This document shows, in pieces, positions 34,515 through 44,400 of a DNA stretch of 64,000 bases (the stretch's first letter is position 1; every line of letters starts with the position of its first letter). Under the pieces are notes generated by a model. The model saw only the letters and a program-made list of their open reading frames with translations, had not been told where the DNA came from and did not search any database. Source of the stretch: a bacterium (GTDB lineage: Bacteria > UBA8248); the NCBI GenBank assembly GCA_022825065.1, contig JAJDYR010000011.1:42840-106839 (forward strand), written 5' to 3'. The position numbers and the translations under genes were made by a program.

Positions 34515-35738
34515 TCAAAGAATCGGCGCGAGAGTTTTTGACATCAGTTCGCGCTCGTCGATTTCGAACACCCCGGCCAGCCAGTCGGCGAGTACCTCCT
34601 GGCCGATGGTGGGGTTGTCGTGCTGGCAGTGATCCGCGCCCGTCTCCTCCTCGTCGACGAGCCTGAGCGTAACGTCCACGCCCGTGTCTTTCGCGGCGTC
34701 ATACACCCTGCGCGCCTGCGCCACGCCGAGCACGTCGTAGCCCCCGTGGACGATGAGATAGGGGCACTTCATGCGTCCGATGTGGCCCTCCAGCGTGTAG
34801 GGCGTTAGCTTCTCGACGGCTTCTTTCATGCTCGCGGCGCCAAAGACCCACTTGATGGAATCGGCGAGGCGGTGACTCTCGTCCGCATCGCGCCATGTGT
34901 CATAAAGGCTCCACCCGGCGGTGTGGGAGAGCGCGGCGGCGAGCCTGTGCTCGTAGCAGGCCGCCCGGGCGGCGAAATGGCCGCCGATCCCCCCGCCGCA
35001 GACGGCGACGCGCGAGGCGTCCACGTCTCCCCTCGTCTCCAGGTAGTCGATGCAGCGGCCCACGGGAACCTCGTAGTCGTGGCGGCTGGTGATGCCCCCT
35101 CTCCTCAGCGTCCCGCCCTGGCCGGGGCCGTCGATCATCAAGACCGATATGCCGCGCTGCAGGAACCCCCGCCCCGCCATAAACCACATCTCGTCCTTAT
35201 ACGCGTCCAGGCCGCCGAAGCTGATGACGGCGGGCTGCCTTTCGACGCGGAAGGGCGCGGGCACGAAATAGGCGTCCAGGTGCGCGCCGTTCTCGTAGGG
35301 GACCTGCACCACCTCGCCCGGAGGGGTCAAGTGGCTCAAAAACGCCTTCGAGCACGCCTCCACCTTCTCGAAAGTCTCGAGCCTGCGCGGGTCGTCGGAC
35401 GCAAGCCAGAACTCAGCACTCCGGTAGTAATCCGCCGCGCGCAGCCAGCAGTTTCGCGCCGTCTGGACCCTTCCCGCGGCAGCGGCCTCATCGCCGCGCG
35501 CGCGGTTGCTGTCGCCCACGCGGGTCCATTCGACGTGCCAGCTCTCGTTGTCGCCGGGCGTCATGCGGCTCGCCGCCTGGAAGCACTCGCTGATGGAGCC
35601 GCCGCCCTCCTGGGTCTCGCCCAGGGCGCGCCTGAACTGGTAGGACATCCACGGATGCTCGGGCCAGTGGTGCCAGCCGTAGGGTTCGTAGTGCGGCCCC
35701 CGGGATTCGTCGATCCGGTCGATCGCCTTTTCTTCCAT
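34515..35738 (-). CDS. Alpha/beta-hydrolase-fold protein (FrsA/DUF1100-like), nucleophile position is Gly
   Basis: Start MEEKAIDRID (ATG at complement of 35736-35738). Aligns with the paralogue 58074..59225 (LMIDGPGQG vs LVMDGPGTG). At the nucleophile elbow it reads VCGGGIGGH where the paralogue has AFGISRGGH. Confidence 0.6.
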   Translation of the reverse strand: MEEKAIDRIDESRGPHYEPYGWHHWPEHPWMSYQFRRALGETQEGGGSISECFQAASRMTPGDNESWHVEWTRVGDSNRARGDEAAAAGRVQTARNCWLRAADYYRSAEFWLASDDPRRLETFEKVEACSKAFLSHLTPPGEVVQVPYENGAHLDAYFVPAPFRVERQPAVISFGGLDAYKDEMWFMAGRGFLQRGISVLMIDGPGQGGTLRRGGITSRHDYEVPVGRCIDYLETRGDVDASRVAVCGGGIGGHFAARAACYEHRLAAALSHTAGWSLYDTWRDADESHRLADSIKWVFGAASMKEAVEKLTPYTLEGHIGRMKCPYLIVHGGYDVLGVAQARRVYDAAKDTGVDVTLRLVDEEETGADHCQHDNPTIGQEVLADWLAGVFEIDERELMSKTLAPIL

Positions 35739-35893
35739 GAGAAAACCCTCCCCTGCGGTATGCCTGGAATGGTGGAGCGTCCGCCCGGTCGGCGGATGAG
35801 AGACGACCCCCGCGCGAGCGGAAGTGAAATCAGATGGTGAGCAATACTCCAGACGCCCTTGCACGAATCAAGCAGCCCCTGAAGCTGTCCAAT

Positions 35894-35944
35894 CCCCTAC
35901 GCGGAAGCGGCGCCTCCGGCCACGGGGGCGGGCGCGGGCTCTCC
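35894..35944. repeat. 51-bp direct repeat, copy A (orphan copy of the TRAP permease 3' end)
   Basis: cccctacgcggaagcggcgcctccggccacgggggcgggcgcgggCtctcc is identical, except for one base, to 37668-37718. Confidence 0.9.
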
Positions 35945-36125
35945 TCAAGCCATCACCTCTCAAAATCGGTGTCAGGCTCTTTGCTATCGGCTCCCACTCT
36001 TCGAGCCATCGGACGCAAGAGAAAGAAATCCGTCCTTCAACGAAACCCACACATCAGGACTCTCCCCAAGTATCCTGAGTCTTTGCAGCCGGAGGAAACG
36101 GCTGCGGCAATCATCCATGAGAACC

Positions 36126-37472
36126 TTAGTTCTCACCACCTACATCTTCCGTCTGCGTGTCTTCTTCTCTGTTGCCTGTTCCTTCCGATGGTCGTTTCCC
36201 CAGTTGAACTGAAAGACGGAAAGTCCAAGTCCCTTCCTCATCCCTCTGGCTCCCTACCAGTGTATTGCCCACCAGTTCCGGTGAGATGTTGTGCCTCTTT
36301 CCCCATTGCGATCTACAACTTATATTTATCTTTCCTCCTGTAATTCTCCATGACCCGGAGCAACTAGAATTTGTCCATGCGGAAGCGAGAAAACCCGTCA
36401 ACTTACCGGATGGAAAAAAGGTGTACGATTGCCGATGACCGCGAGAATTTAGACCACTGAATGTTTTCCCGGAAATTCGCGAGTTCATCGAGGCGTCTAG
36501 CCGCAAACGTACTTCTTTGCAGAACTTTCCTTCCGAACGCCTACACCATGCGCCCAGGTACTTTCTATATCCCTGCGGCGTATTTGACGATTTCGCCTGT
36601 TGAAACGCCTTGGAATCGCGTTTTGCACGCTCCGTTTCCTGCAGCATATTGAGGATTTTCGTATATCTTTTTGACTTCGCAAGTTCCATTACATTGATCC
36701 CTCTCGGTCCGCGAATCGAGAGGTCGGCCCCCGCCTCTAACAACAACCCGACAATCTCGGGATGTCTCCCACGTACCGCGATGAACAAGGCTGTCGCTCC
36801 GTTCAGGGCGCGTATATTCGGCCCCGCGCCTGCTTCCAGCAGCATCGGCACCATCACTACATAGCCTTTTTCCGCCGCATGCATGAGCCCCGTCCAACCA
36901 CGCCCGTCCCGGTCGCGCACATTGACATTCACCAATCTCGCAGACAACATCTTCTCTAGACCTATAATGTCTCCCTTCGTCACGAGCGCTGCTACTTTCG
37001 ACAGTTTCCGGGACATCACACGTTGCGCTTCGGCCTTGGATGAACCTGCCGGTACGCCCGTTTTTAGCTTCCGAGCCAGTTTTGGAGGAACTCTCAACCG
37101 CTTTCTCGAGGACCCCCACTCGCGCGCGCGTTTCTGCGCCAAAGCGAGTTGTTCGGATGTCATCTTCCCCCTCAGCGCATCGCGTTCTCTCAGGGCGACG
37201 GCATCTCCCCGGCTCGACGCCAGATTGAACCACATGTGCGCTTCCACATAATCCTGCACCACTCCCAAACCTTTCTTGTGCACCTGACCCAATTGCCGCA
37301 TCGAGAGGGTGTCCCCTTTCTCCGCTGCCCTCCGCCATTGCTCGATTCCCTCCGCATAACGTCCAGCATCCCAGGCGGTCTTTCCCAACCAATAATCCGC
37401 CCGGGCATCCGCAACGCTAGACAACATCAGCGCAACGCAAAGAACCATTTGCCATGTCAGTTTGCGATACAT
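36126..37472 (-). CDS. Secreted Sel1 / ankyrin repeat protein, paralogue 4 (distinct C-terminal domain)
   Basis: Start MYRKLTWQMVLCVALMLSSVADA (ATG at complement of 37470-37472). ADYWLGKTAWDAGRYAEGIEQWRRAAEKGD... parallels paralogues 1-3. ANK repeats (GWTGLMHAAEKGYVVMVPMLLEAGAGPNIR). Visibly lower GC than its neighbours. Confidence 0.8.
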   Translation of the reverse strand: MYRKLTWQMVLCVALMLSSVADARADYWLGKTAWDAGRYAEGIEQWRRAAEKGDTLSMRQLGQVHKKGLGVVQDYVEAHMWFNLASSRGDAVALRERDALRGKMTSEQLALAQKRAREWGSSRKRLRVPPKLARKLKTGVPAGSSKAEAQRVMSRKLSKVAALVTKGDIIGLEKMLSARLVNVNVRDRDGRGWTGLMHAAEKGYVVMVPMLLEAGAGPNIRALNGATALFIAVRGRHPEIVGLLLEAGADLSIRGPRGINVMELAKSKRYTKILNMLQETERAKRDSKAFQQAKSSNTPQGYRKYLGAWCRRSEGKFCKEVRLRLDASMNSRISGKTFSGLNSRGHRQSYTFFPSGKLTGFLASAWTNSSCSGSWRITGGKINISCRSQWGKRHNISPELVGNTLVGSQRDEEGTWTFRLSVQLGKRPSEGTGNREEDTQTEDVGGEN

Positions 37473-37667
37473 CTGGTTCCCTCCCCTCTGCGATAACACC
37501 ATGGGTCAGAATGTCCTCCAATTTTCGACACATTTACCATTCTTACGACATATCTATTCTCTTCTTGCTTCATCTCGCCTTCTTGCCGCTTCCGTTTTTT
37601 CGCTCCACGTAAACCAGGCGCAGGTTTCGTGCTCCTTGCCATGTCTTCGACTTGAGACCGACGACAT

Positions 37668-37718
37668 CCCCCTACGCGGAAGCGGCGCCTCCGGCCACGG
37701 GGGCGGGCGCGGGTTCTC
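37668..37718. repeat. 51-bp direct repeat, copy B (functional 3' end of the TRAP permease gene)
   Basis: Covers the last 15 codons plus the stop of 37672..39645 (…EPAPAPVAGGAASA*). Matches 35894-35944. Confidence 0.9.
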
Positions 37719-39645
37719 CCTCTTCGGCGAGGCGTCTTCTCTGCAGGATGAATACCGCGCCCAGCATGATCGCGCCCGCCAGGTGGTTCAGGTAGCCCGG
37801 CCAGAACAGAAGCCCCGCCGCCAGGAACAAAAACCCGCGCATCGGGGCCGAGAAGGGGAAATACATGAACCCGACCATGGCGGCGGCCAGGGCCTGGAAG
37901 CCGAGAAGCCCCGCGGCGAAAGTCTCGAGCGAAAGCCAGGGCTGCCGGATCAGCAGAATCGGTGTGAAGGCGAACATCAGGGGCACGATATACATGCCCT
38001 TCGCCGTACGGAAAGACGCCCAGGCGGCCTTCGCCGGGTTGGCGTCCGCTATGCCCGCCGCCGTATAGGCGGGCACGCATACAGGAGGCGTGAAGCAACT
38101 GTCCAGGCTGTACCAGAACACGATGAGATGCGCGCCGAGGAGCGAGAGCTTGAACGGCTCTCCGAGTTCCAGCAGCGCGGGCACGGCCATGACGGACAGG
38201 ACGATGTAGGCCGCGCTCGTCGGAAGCCCCATGCCCAGCACGAACGAGGCCACGCCCACCAGGAGTATGCCCAGGAACAGGCTGTCGTTCGCCATGTTCG
38301 TGACCAGGGAGGAGAACTTGAGGCCGAGACCCGTCTGGAACAGCGCCCCCATGATGATGCCCACCGCTCCAACCGCCGCGCAGATGGGCAGCGACTGAAT
38401 GGCGCCCTTCTCGAGCGCCAGGACGATGTTCCAAAGGCCGCGGCCTATTTCACCTGCCACTTCCGTGAGGCTCGTCCCCTCCCTTCTGGCCTTTTCCAGC
38501 AAGACGAGGGCGCCCTTGAGCCCCGCCAGGAACACGACGGAGAGGATGCCCGCGAGACCCGCCAGGGGGACGGTTCTGCCCGTCATGAGGATCCCCAGGA
38601 TCACGAGCGGAGGCAGGAGGTAGAACCAACCGTCCTTCATGATGGGTCCCAGAGGGGGTATCAACTCTCTGGGCATGCCGACCAGGCCCCCTTTTCTCGC
38701 TTCCAGATGCACGGTCGCGTAGACGGAGAAGAAATACAGAATGGCCGGCAGGACCGATACCTTCACGATCTCCCAATACGATATGCCCGTAAACTCCACG
38801 ATCAGGAACGCCGACGCCCCCATGACGGGCGGCATGATCTGCCCGCCCGTGGAGGCCGCCGTCTCGATGGCCGCCGCCGTCTCGGGCTTGAAGCCGGTGC
38901 GCTTCATCATCGGGATGGTGAACGAACCCGTGGTGACCACGTTCGCGTTCGCGCTGCCCATGATGGTGCCCGTCATGGCGCTGGCGAAAACAGCCGCCTT
39001 CGCCGGCCCGCCGCGCAGCCTGCCGGCGATCGACACGGAGAGCTTCACGTAGAAATCCGCAGCCCCCATGCGGTCGAGAAACGCGCCGAAGAGGATGAAC
39101 AGGAAGATGTAGACCGAAAAAACGCTTAAAGGAGCCGTCCACAGACCGTCGTAGGTAAAATACTGGTGATCGACGATGTGCATATAGGGGGCCCCTTTGT
39201 GCGCCAGATACCCTGGGAAATAGGGGCCGAAATACGAGTAGACGATAAACATGAACGATATAAACGGCAACGCCAGGTTGATGGTCCTTCGCGCGGCCTC
39301 CCACGTGAGTATCAGTACCGCCGTGCCCAGGAACAAATCCATGGGTTCGAGCGGGTCGACGTAATACAGGCGATCCAGAAAATAATCGGTATAGAGTATC
39401 GGATAGGCGATGGAGGTGACCGCCAGGAGGCAGATGGCGGCCGTCACGACGGCGCGCCACCAGCCTCCTGCGGGTTTTCGGTAGACGATGAATATCAGGG
39501 TCATCCCGAACAGATACGAGAGCGCCCTCTGGTACAGCGGCTCATACCCTCCCGTGTAGGCTATCTGAATATGATAGACGGACATCCCGACCGCTATCGC
39601 CAGGACGAGCCAATCCAGAGGAGTCCTTCCTTTGTTATCGTTCAC
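37672..39645 (-). CDS. TRAP transporter fused permease (4TM/12TM, TAXI-associated type)
   Basis: 657 aa polytopic membrane protein. GTG start. Sits immediately downstream of a TAXI-family receptor gene. Confidence 0.85.
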   Translation of the reverse strand: MNDNKGRTPLDWLVLAIAVGMSVYHIQIAYTGGYEPLYQRALSYLFGMTLIFIVYRKPAGGWWRAVVTAAICLLAVTSIAYPILYTDYFLDRLYYVDPLEPMDLFLGTAVLILTWEAARRTINLALPFISFMFIVYSYFGPYFPGYLAHKGAPYMHIVDHQYFTYDGLWTAPLSVFSVYIFLFILFGAFLDRMGAADFYVKLSVSIAGRLRGGPAKAAVFASAMTGTIMGSANANVVTTGSFTIPMMKRTGFKPETAAAIETAASTGGQIMPPVMGASAFLIVEFTGISYWEIVKVSVLPAILYFFSVYATVHLEARKGGLVGMPRELIPPLGPIMKDGWFYLLPPLVILGILMTGRTVPLAGLAGILSVVFLAGLKGALVLLEKARREGTSLTEVAGEIGRGLWNIVLALEKGAIQSLPICAAVGAVGIIMGALFQTGLGLKFSSLVTNMANDSLFLGILLVGVASFVLGMGLPTSAAYIVLSVMAVPALLELGEPFKLSLLGAHLIVFWYSLDSCFTPPVCVPAYTAAGIADANPAKAAWASFRTAKGMYIVPLMFAFTPILLIRQPWLSLETFAAGLLGFQALAAAMVGFMYFPFSAPMRGFLFLAAGLLFWPGYLNHLAGAIMLGAVFILQRRRLAEEGEPAPAPVAGGAASA

Positions 39646-39669
39646 GCTCTCGCCTCTTCCCCGGGATGG

Positions 39670-40653
39670 TTACATCATCCCCCCGATTTCCTTGTAGAAA
39701 CGCTTGGCGCCCTCATGCAGGGGTATCCCGACGTTCTTGCCCGCCTTCTTGGGGTCCCACCCCTTGTAGATCTTGTGGACGCCGCCGAGGAACTTCTGCT
39801 CGTCTTTCGCTATCTTGAGGATCGAATAGACCACGTCGGCGCTCATCTTGGTCGTGGTGAACAGGACGCCCGAAAGCCCCATCGAGTCCTTGGGATTGGG
39901 ATTGCCCTTATAGATGCCGCCGGGGATCTGGCAGGGCGTAAAGCCGTGGCCCGCCAGCAGCTTCTTCACGTCATCCGCCATGTCCAGGAACACGAGGTTC
40001 CGGCCCAGGGCCGCCTGGATGCCGGCGCCGTTGGGGTCGCCCGAATTGTGGAAGTAGAAATCGATCTGGCGCGCCCGGATCGCGCGCGACATGCCGCCCG
40101 CGCCCGGGAAGGTGAGTTTGTAGCCGCGCTTGGTGAGCTCCTTGTAGCTCGTCCCGTAATGCTTGACGATCATGCTCGCGATGTACTCCGTGCTGGTTCC
40201 CTTCTTGGCCGGGGCCAGCTTCATCGGCTTTTTCGACTTGATGATGTCGCCCCAGGTCTTGATGCCGGCGTCATAGAGCTCCTTGGCGGCGTACTGGTGG
40301 TAGCACGAATCCCAGAAAGCGGCCATCCCCCGGAGGTTCTTGTACGCCTTCTTGTAGGGCGTCTTTCCAGCCATCGCGGCGCCGGCGAAGTTCGAGAACG
40401 AGTAGCCGAAGTCGGCGCCTCCGCCTCCCACGCGCGCCGGGTTCGCGCGCCCGCCGCCGGGCGCCACGTTGAGGATGATCTTTTTCTGTTTCCTGTTGAC
40501 GATTTCGCTGAGGCCCGCGCCCAGCCTGCCCATGGTGCCGCCCAGGCTGCCGACCGCGAGGTCGTATTTCGCGGGCGCGGCGTAGGCGTCGCCCACCGCC
40601 AGGAACGGCAGGGTGAGGGCGAGAATTCCGAACATCATGACGATTCTCTTCAT
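39670..40653 (-). CDS. TAXI-family TRAP transporter solute receptor
   Basis: Start MKRIVMMFGILALTLPFLAVGDAYA (signal peptide; ATG at complement of 40651-40653). TAXI-like pattern ...GSLGGTMGRLGAGLSEIVN...NVAPGGGRANP.... Confidence 0.75.
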   Translation of the reverse strand: MKRIVMMFGILALTLPFLAVGDAYAAPAKYDLAVGSLGGTMGRLGAGLSEIVNRKQKKIILNVAPGGGRANPARVGGGGADFGYSFSNFAGAAMAGKTPYKKAYKNLRGMAAFWDSCYHQYAAKELYDAGIKTWGDIIKSKKPMKLAPAKKGTSTEYIASMIVKHYGTSYKELTKRGYKLTFPGAGGMSRAIRARQIDFYFHNSGDPNGAGIQAALGRNLVFLDMADDVKKLLAGHGFTPCQIPGGIYKGNPNPKDSMGLSGVLFTTTKMSADVVYSILKIAKDEQKFLGGVHKIYKGWDPKKAGKNVGIPLHEGAKRFYKEIGGMM

Positions 40654-40905
40654 TTTTCCTCTCCTTGAAGAAGTGACGTAAAACTCCGATGAAGCGGTTC
40701 GAAGACTCCTGCTCATCAAGAAGCGCCCCGGCGAGAACGAACCCTCTCGCCACGTTCTCAACGAGCGCTCTTTTCTGTATGCTTGGGCGTGAATCTTACA
40801 GACGGGAGCGTTTCGCTGTCAATGAAACTTGGGCGTCGAGCGAGCGTTTCCGTCTCGAATTCGGAACGACCCGAAAAACCGTTTTCTTCGACAAGGAGCC
40901 GCAAC

Positions 40906-41256
40906 ATGCCGTTTTACCGTTGGGACGAAATGAAGCGAAAAAACCTGGCGAGGCCGTCCGATTCAGAGGGCAGCATCATCATCGGCGAACACGTAACGCT
41001 CAACCGCTCGGTGAGCCAACCCGGCAAGCTGGCCCGCCCGCACACGCACGACTGCGAACAGCTCATCAACGTCGTCGAGGGAACCGCCTGGTTCCGCGTG
41101 GGGGACGAGGCGAAGACCGTCACGGCGGGCGACATCATCCACATCCCCGAGGGGACCGAGCACGAGTTCAAGAACGACGGAGACGGCGAGTTCATCTACC
41201 TCTCGTTCAAGAACAAATCAGAGGGCTGGCCCCCGCCGACGGCGACGATGGACTAG
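40906..41256 (+). CDS. Cupin-domain protein
   Basis: ATG at 40906 follows aaggag. Cupin motifs PHTHDCEQLINVVEG and GDIIHIPEGTEHEFKN. Confidence 0.8.
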   Translation: MPFYRWDEMKRKNLARPSDSEGSIIIGEHVTLNRSVSQPGKLARPHTHDCEQLINVVEGTAWFRVGDEAKTVTAGDIIHIPEGTEHEFKNDGDGEFIYLSFKNKSEGWPPPTATMD

Positions 41257-41334
41257 TTTCTCGCTTTTAACCCTGCGTGCAGCTCTTCGGGGTCAAACCC
41301 GACCGAGGAGCGATGAGACTTCACGGTTCCTTGA

Positions 41335-41671
41335 GGGGGTAGTTGAAAAAGCTATCCTCAAGGGGATACTGCCTGCGGCGCATTCGCCGCACTTGCCCGT
41401 AATACCCTCCTCATCCCGAGTAGGCGCGCTTGCGCGCCGTATCGAGGGAGCGCCCCTTCGATACGCGGCTTCGCCGCTACTCAGGGTGAGGGGTGTCGGG
41501 GAACAGCGGAGCCTGCCCCGAGCGAAGTCGAGGGGGCGGCTATTCAGGGTGAGGCAGACATCGGGGCGCGCAAGACGAGGGTTTGACGCGACCGGTGAGG
41601 TCAGTTCCGGCAGAGAAAGGAGGAACTGCTTCAAACGGGCACGCTTCCAGGATCGACTTTTTCAACATCGG
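41335..41671. repeat. TIR-bounded mosaic element E9 (cargo: several different hairpin modules)
   Basis: gggggtagttgaaaaagc ... cgactttttcaacatcgg. The internal module cctcatcccgagtaggcgcgcttgcgcgccgtatcgagggag is related to 27808-27851. Ends 6 nt before the stop at 41678. Confidence 0.8.
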
Positions 41672-41677
41672 GATGGA

Positions 41678-42832
41678 TCAGGTTCTCGCCTTAAGACCCG
41701 CTTCGAGTTCTTCGGCGTCGATGGGCAGCTTCACGGCTTCCTTCCGCTTGGCGGATAAATCGCACGCCATGCAGAGCATGAGGTTCCGGTGTCCCTCCGC
41801 GCCCGTTGCGTGGGGCATCTCGACACCCGTGTAGAGGTGCGATAGCCAGGCGATGGACTCATCGCGCATCGGCCCCCAGAACTGCCCCTTGGACATATCC
41901 CCCGCCGGATAGCTCTCGAGCAGGTGGACGTGGCGCTCCTCCCCACGGTGGGAGGCCAGCGGGTTTTCGGACGCCATGATGAAATCGGCGTGGGTGTCGT
42001 CGATGGTGAGCGCGCCCTCGGTCCCCACCACGCTGATGGTGACGCCGTAGGTCGAGGCGGGCCAGATGGTGGGCATCCCCCAGTTGCACTCCATGCTCCA
42101 GATGGTCCCGTCGTCGAAGGTGAAGATGCTGAAGGTGGCGTCCTGCGTGCCGATGCCCGTCATCACGCGCGATATGGAGCGCGAGACGACCTCCACGGGT
42201 TGTTTCTCCGGCCCCATCACGAACAGCATGACGTCGAGCGCATGGGTGCCGGATATCACCATCGGCGTGAGCATGGAGCGGTCCTCGTTCTTCGACAGCC
42301 GCGTGATGCCGACCTGGCGGTTCAGCAGCGCGCGCGTCGTGGCGGAGGTGACCTCGCCCAGAATTCCCGACTGCACGTGCTCGCGCGCCGTGAGCCAGCG
42401 CCTCCTGAAGCGCTGTGTGTAGCCTACGAGCAACTCAACGCCGGCCGTCTCCGCCGCCTCCACGATCCTGGCCGATTCCGCCACGCTCGTCGCCAGCGGC
42501 TTTTCCACCAGAATCCTGTGGCCCTGCCCTATCGCCTCCCAGAGCGGCTTCGCGTGCCATTCCTCGTCCGTGGCGATGATGACGGCGTTGACCTCGGGGC
42601 GCTTGATGAGTTCGGCGAAATCGGTCGTGAAGAAATCGGCATCGAACTCCCCGGCCATGGCCCTGCCCTTTTTCTCGTCGATGTCGCAGCAGCCCAGCCA
42701 CTCCGTGCCCGGGTACTCCCTGGCGCAGCGCGCGCGAATGCGCCCCACGCGGCCGCAGCCGACCACGGCCAGACCAATCGGATTTTTCCCGCCTCCCGAA
42801 ACCGCCATCATCCTCTCCCGTATAATCATCAA
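41678..42832 (-). CDS. Gfo/Idh/MocA-family oxidoreductase
   Basis: IGLAVVGCGRVGRIRA Rossmann N-terminus. Paralogous to 43208..44326. The start is uncertain (TTG 42832, or ATG 42829, 42811 or 42808). Confidence 0.8.
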   Translation of the reverse strand: MMIIRERMMAVSGGGKNPIGLAVVGCGRVGRIRARCAREYPGTEWLGCCDIDEKKGRAMAGEFDADFFTTDFAELIKRPEVNAVIIATDEEWHAKPLWEAIGQGHRILVEKPLATSVAESARIVEAAETAGVELLVGYTQRFRRRWLTAREHVQSGILGEVTSATTRALLNRQVGITRLSKNEDRSMLTPMVISGTHALDVMLFVMGPEKQPVEVVSRSISRVMTGIGTQDATFSIFTFDDGTIWSMECNWGMPTIWPASTYGVTISVVGTEGALTIDDTHADFIMASENPLASHRGEERHVHLLESYPAGDMSKGQFWGPMRDESIAWLSHLYTGVEMPHATGAEGHRNLMLCMACDLSAKRKEAVKLPIDAEELEAGLKART

Positions 42833-42948
42833 GACGCATGAAAAAACGCCGGAGTCTCATCCGACGCCGTTTGGATTCCCTTTCATACCAGCTTCGGGGA
42901 GCGGGCGCATCTTTTGTCGCCATGACGCAGATTGAATTTCGAATGAAT

Positions 42949-43188
42949 GGGGTTATTGAAAAAGTCCCCCTCCTCAGGGGATAAAAGCAACCCCCCCTAC
43001 CCCCCCTTGTCAGGGGGGCAAGAAAAAGCAAAACCCTTCAGCCCGGCGAAGGCGCATCGCCTTTTTATACCCCCCTGACAAGGGGGGTAGGGGGGGGTTG
43101 CTTTCAAAGAGGGGGGTCGGGGGTTCACGCGAAAGCGGCCTTCTCGCTAAAGACAATGTCCCCCGACTAGGGGTTTTTCAACAAGCCC
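42949..43188. repeat. TIR-bounded mosaic element E10 (C7TAC7 core 42987-43101)
   Basis: ggggttattgaaaaagtcc ... ggggtttttcaacaagccc. Confidence 0.85.
43019..43056 (-). terminator. Terminator-like module inside the E10 core
   Basis: Minus strand: GCGCCTTC-gccgggct-GAAGGG followed by TTTTGCTTTTTCTTG, co-oriented with the gene ending at 43208. Confidence 0.55.
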
Positions 43189-43207
43189 GCAAGCAGCGCA
43201 AATTCAC

Positions 43208-44326
43208 CTATTCCAAATCCTCGGGCTCAACCGGAAGCGACACCGCCCGTCCGGTCTTGGCCGAATGATCCATCGCGAGGCACAGCATGAGGTTCTCGTG
43301 CGCCTCGCGCGCGGTGGTGTGCGGCGTGGGGAGGCCCAGGTAGATTCTGTCGAACCACGAGCGCGTCTCTTCGCGCATGGGGCCCCAGAGCTGATCGAAA
43401 ACGAGATCGCCCGGCGGGTAGCTGGTCAAAAAACTCACGTTGCGCTCCTGCTTCAGGCGCGCGGATTCGTGCGGCTCCTCGGTGGCGAAGACGATGTCGC
43501 GATGCGTGTCGTCTATGGTGAGCACGCCCCCCGTCCCCACGATCCCCAGCTCAAGCGAATAGACCTCCGCCGGCCAGACGCGCGGCAGCGCCCAGCTCAC
43601 GTTCATGCTCCATATCGTCCCGTCCTCATAGGTGACGATGGCGAACGTGGAATCTTTCGTCAGATAGGGCGCCATCGCCTTGTCCACAGAGCGCGCATAC
43701 ACCTCGGCGGGGCGGTGACCCTCCAGGAGCCAGGAACACAGATCCACGCTGTGGGTGCCGGAGATGACCATGGGGGTGAATTTCGTCGGGAACTCGGTTT
43801 TGGTGGAATTCGCCACCGGGTTCATGCGGTTCAAAAAGGCGCGGCCGGTGACGGAGGAGACGTCGCCCAACTCGCCCGAGCGAACCTTCTCCTTCGCCAC
43901 CAGAAAGCGGCGGCGGAAACGCTGCGTGTAGCCCAGGACGGCGTCTATGTTTGCCTCGTCGACCGCGCGCGCCAGCCGCTCGGATACATCGGCGTCCACC
44001 GCCAGGGGTTTTTCGATCAGCATCCGGTGGCCGCGCTCCACCCCGATGAGGATGGGCTCGAGCCGCTCGTTGGCGTAGGTGGCCAGAACCGTGGCGTTCA
44101 CCTCATCGCGCTTCAGGAGTTCGCGGTAGTCCGCCGTGAAAAAATCAGCGGACACGTCTTCGGCCAGTTTCCGGCCTACTTTCTCGTCGATATCGCACAG
44201 CCCGATCCATTCGACTGCGGCGTTTTGCCGAGCGAACTCAGCACGGATGCGCCCGATCTTCCCGCATCCCACCACGGCCAGGCCGATGGGCTTTCTCGTC
44301 TCGTTCGTTGCGTTCATAGATGTCAC
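43208..44326 (-). CDS. Gfo/Idh/MocA-family oxidoreductase
   Basis: MTSMNATNETRKPIGLAVVGCGKIGRIRA... Collinear similarity with 41678..42832 throughout. Confidence 0.8.
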   Translation of the reverse strand: MTSMNATNETRKPIGLAVVGCGKIGRIRAEFARQNAAVEWIGLCDIDEKVGRKLAEDVSADFFTADYRELLKRDEVNATVLATYANERLEPILIGVERGHRMLIEKPLAVDADVSERLARAVDEANIDAVLGYTQRFRRRFLVAKEKVRSGELGDVSSVTGRAFLNRMNPVANSTKTEFPTKFTPMVISGTHSVDLCSWLLEGHRPAEVYARSVDKAMAPYLTKDSTFAIVTYEDGTIWSMNVSWALPRVWPAEVYSLELGIVGTGGVLTIDDTHRDIVFATEEPHESARLKQERNVSFLTSYPPGDLVFDQLWGPMREETRSWFDRIYLGLPTPHTTAREAHENLMLCLAMDHSAKTGRAVSLPVEPEDLE

Positions 44327-44400
44327 CTTGCTCAGGGCGTCGATTCAAAACGGGCGCATCTTCCCACCCGTGCCCGGCCAGACGCAAGCTGCGGCCCGCT

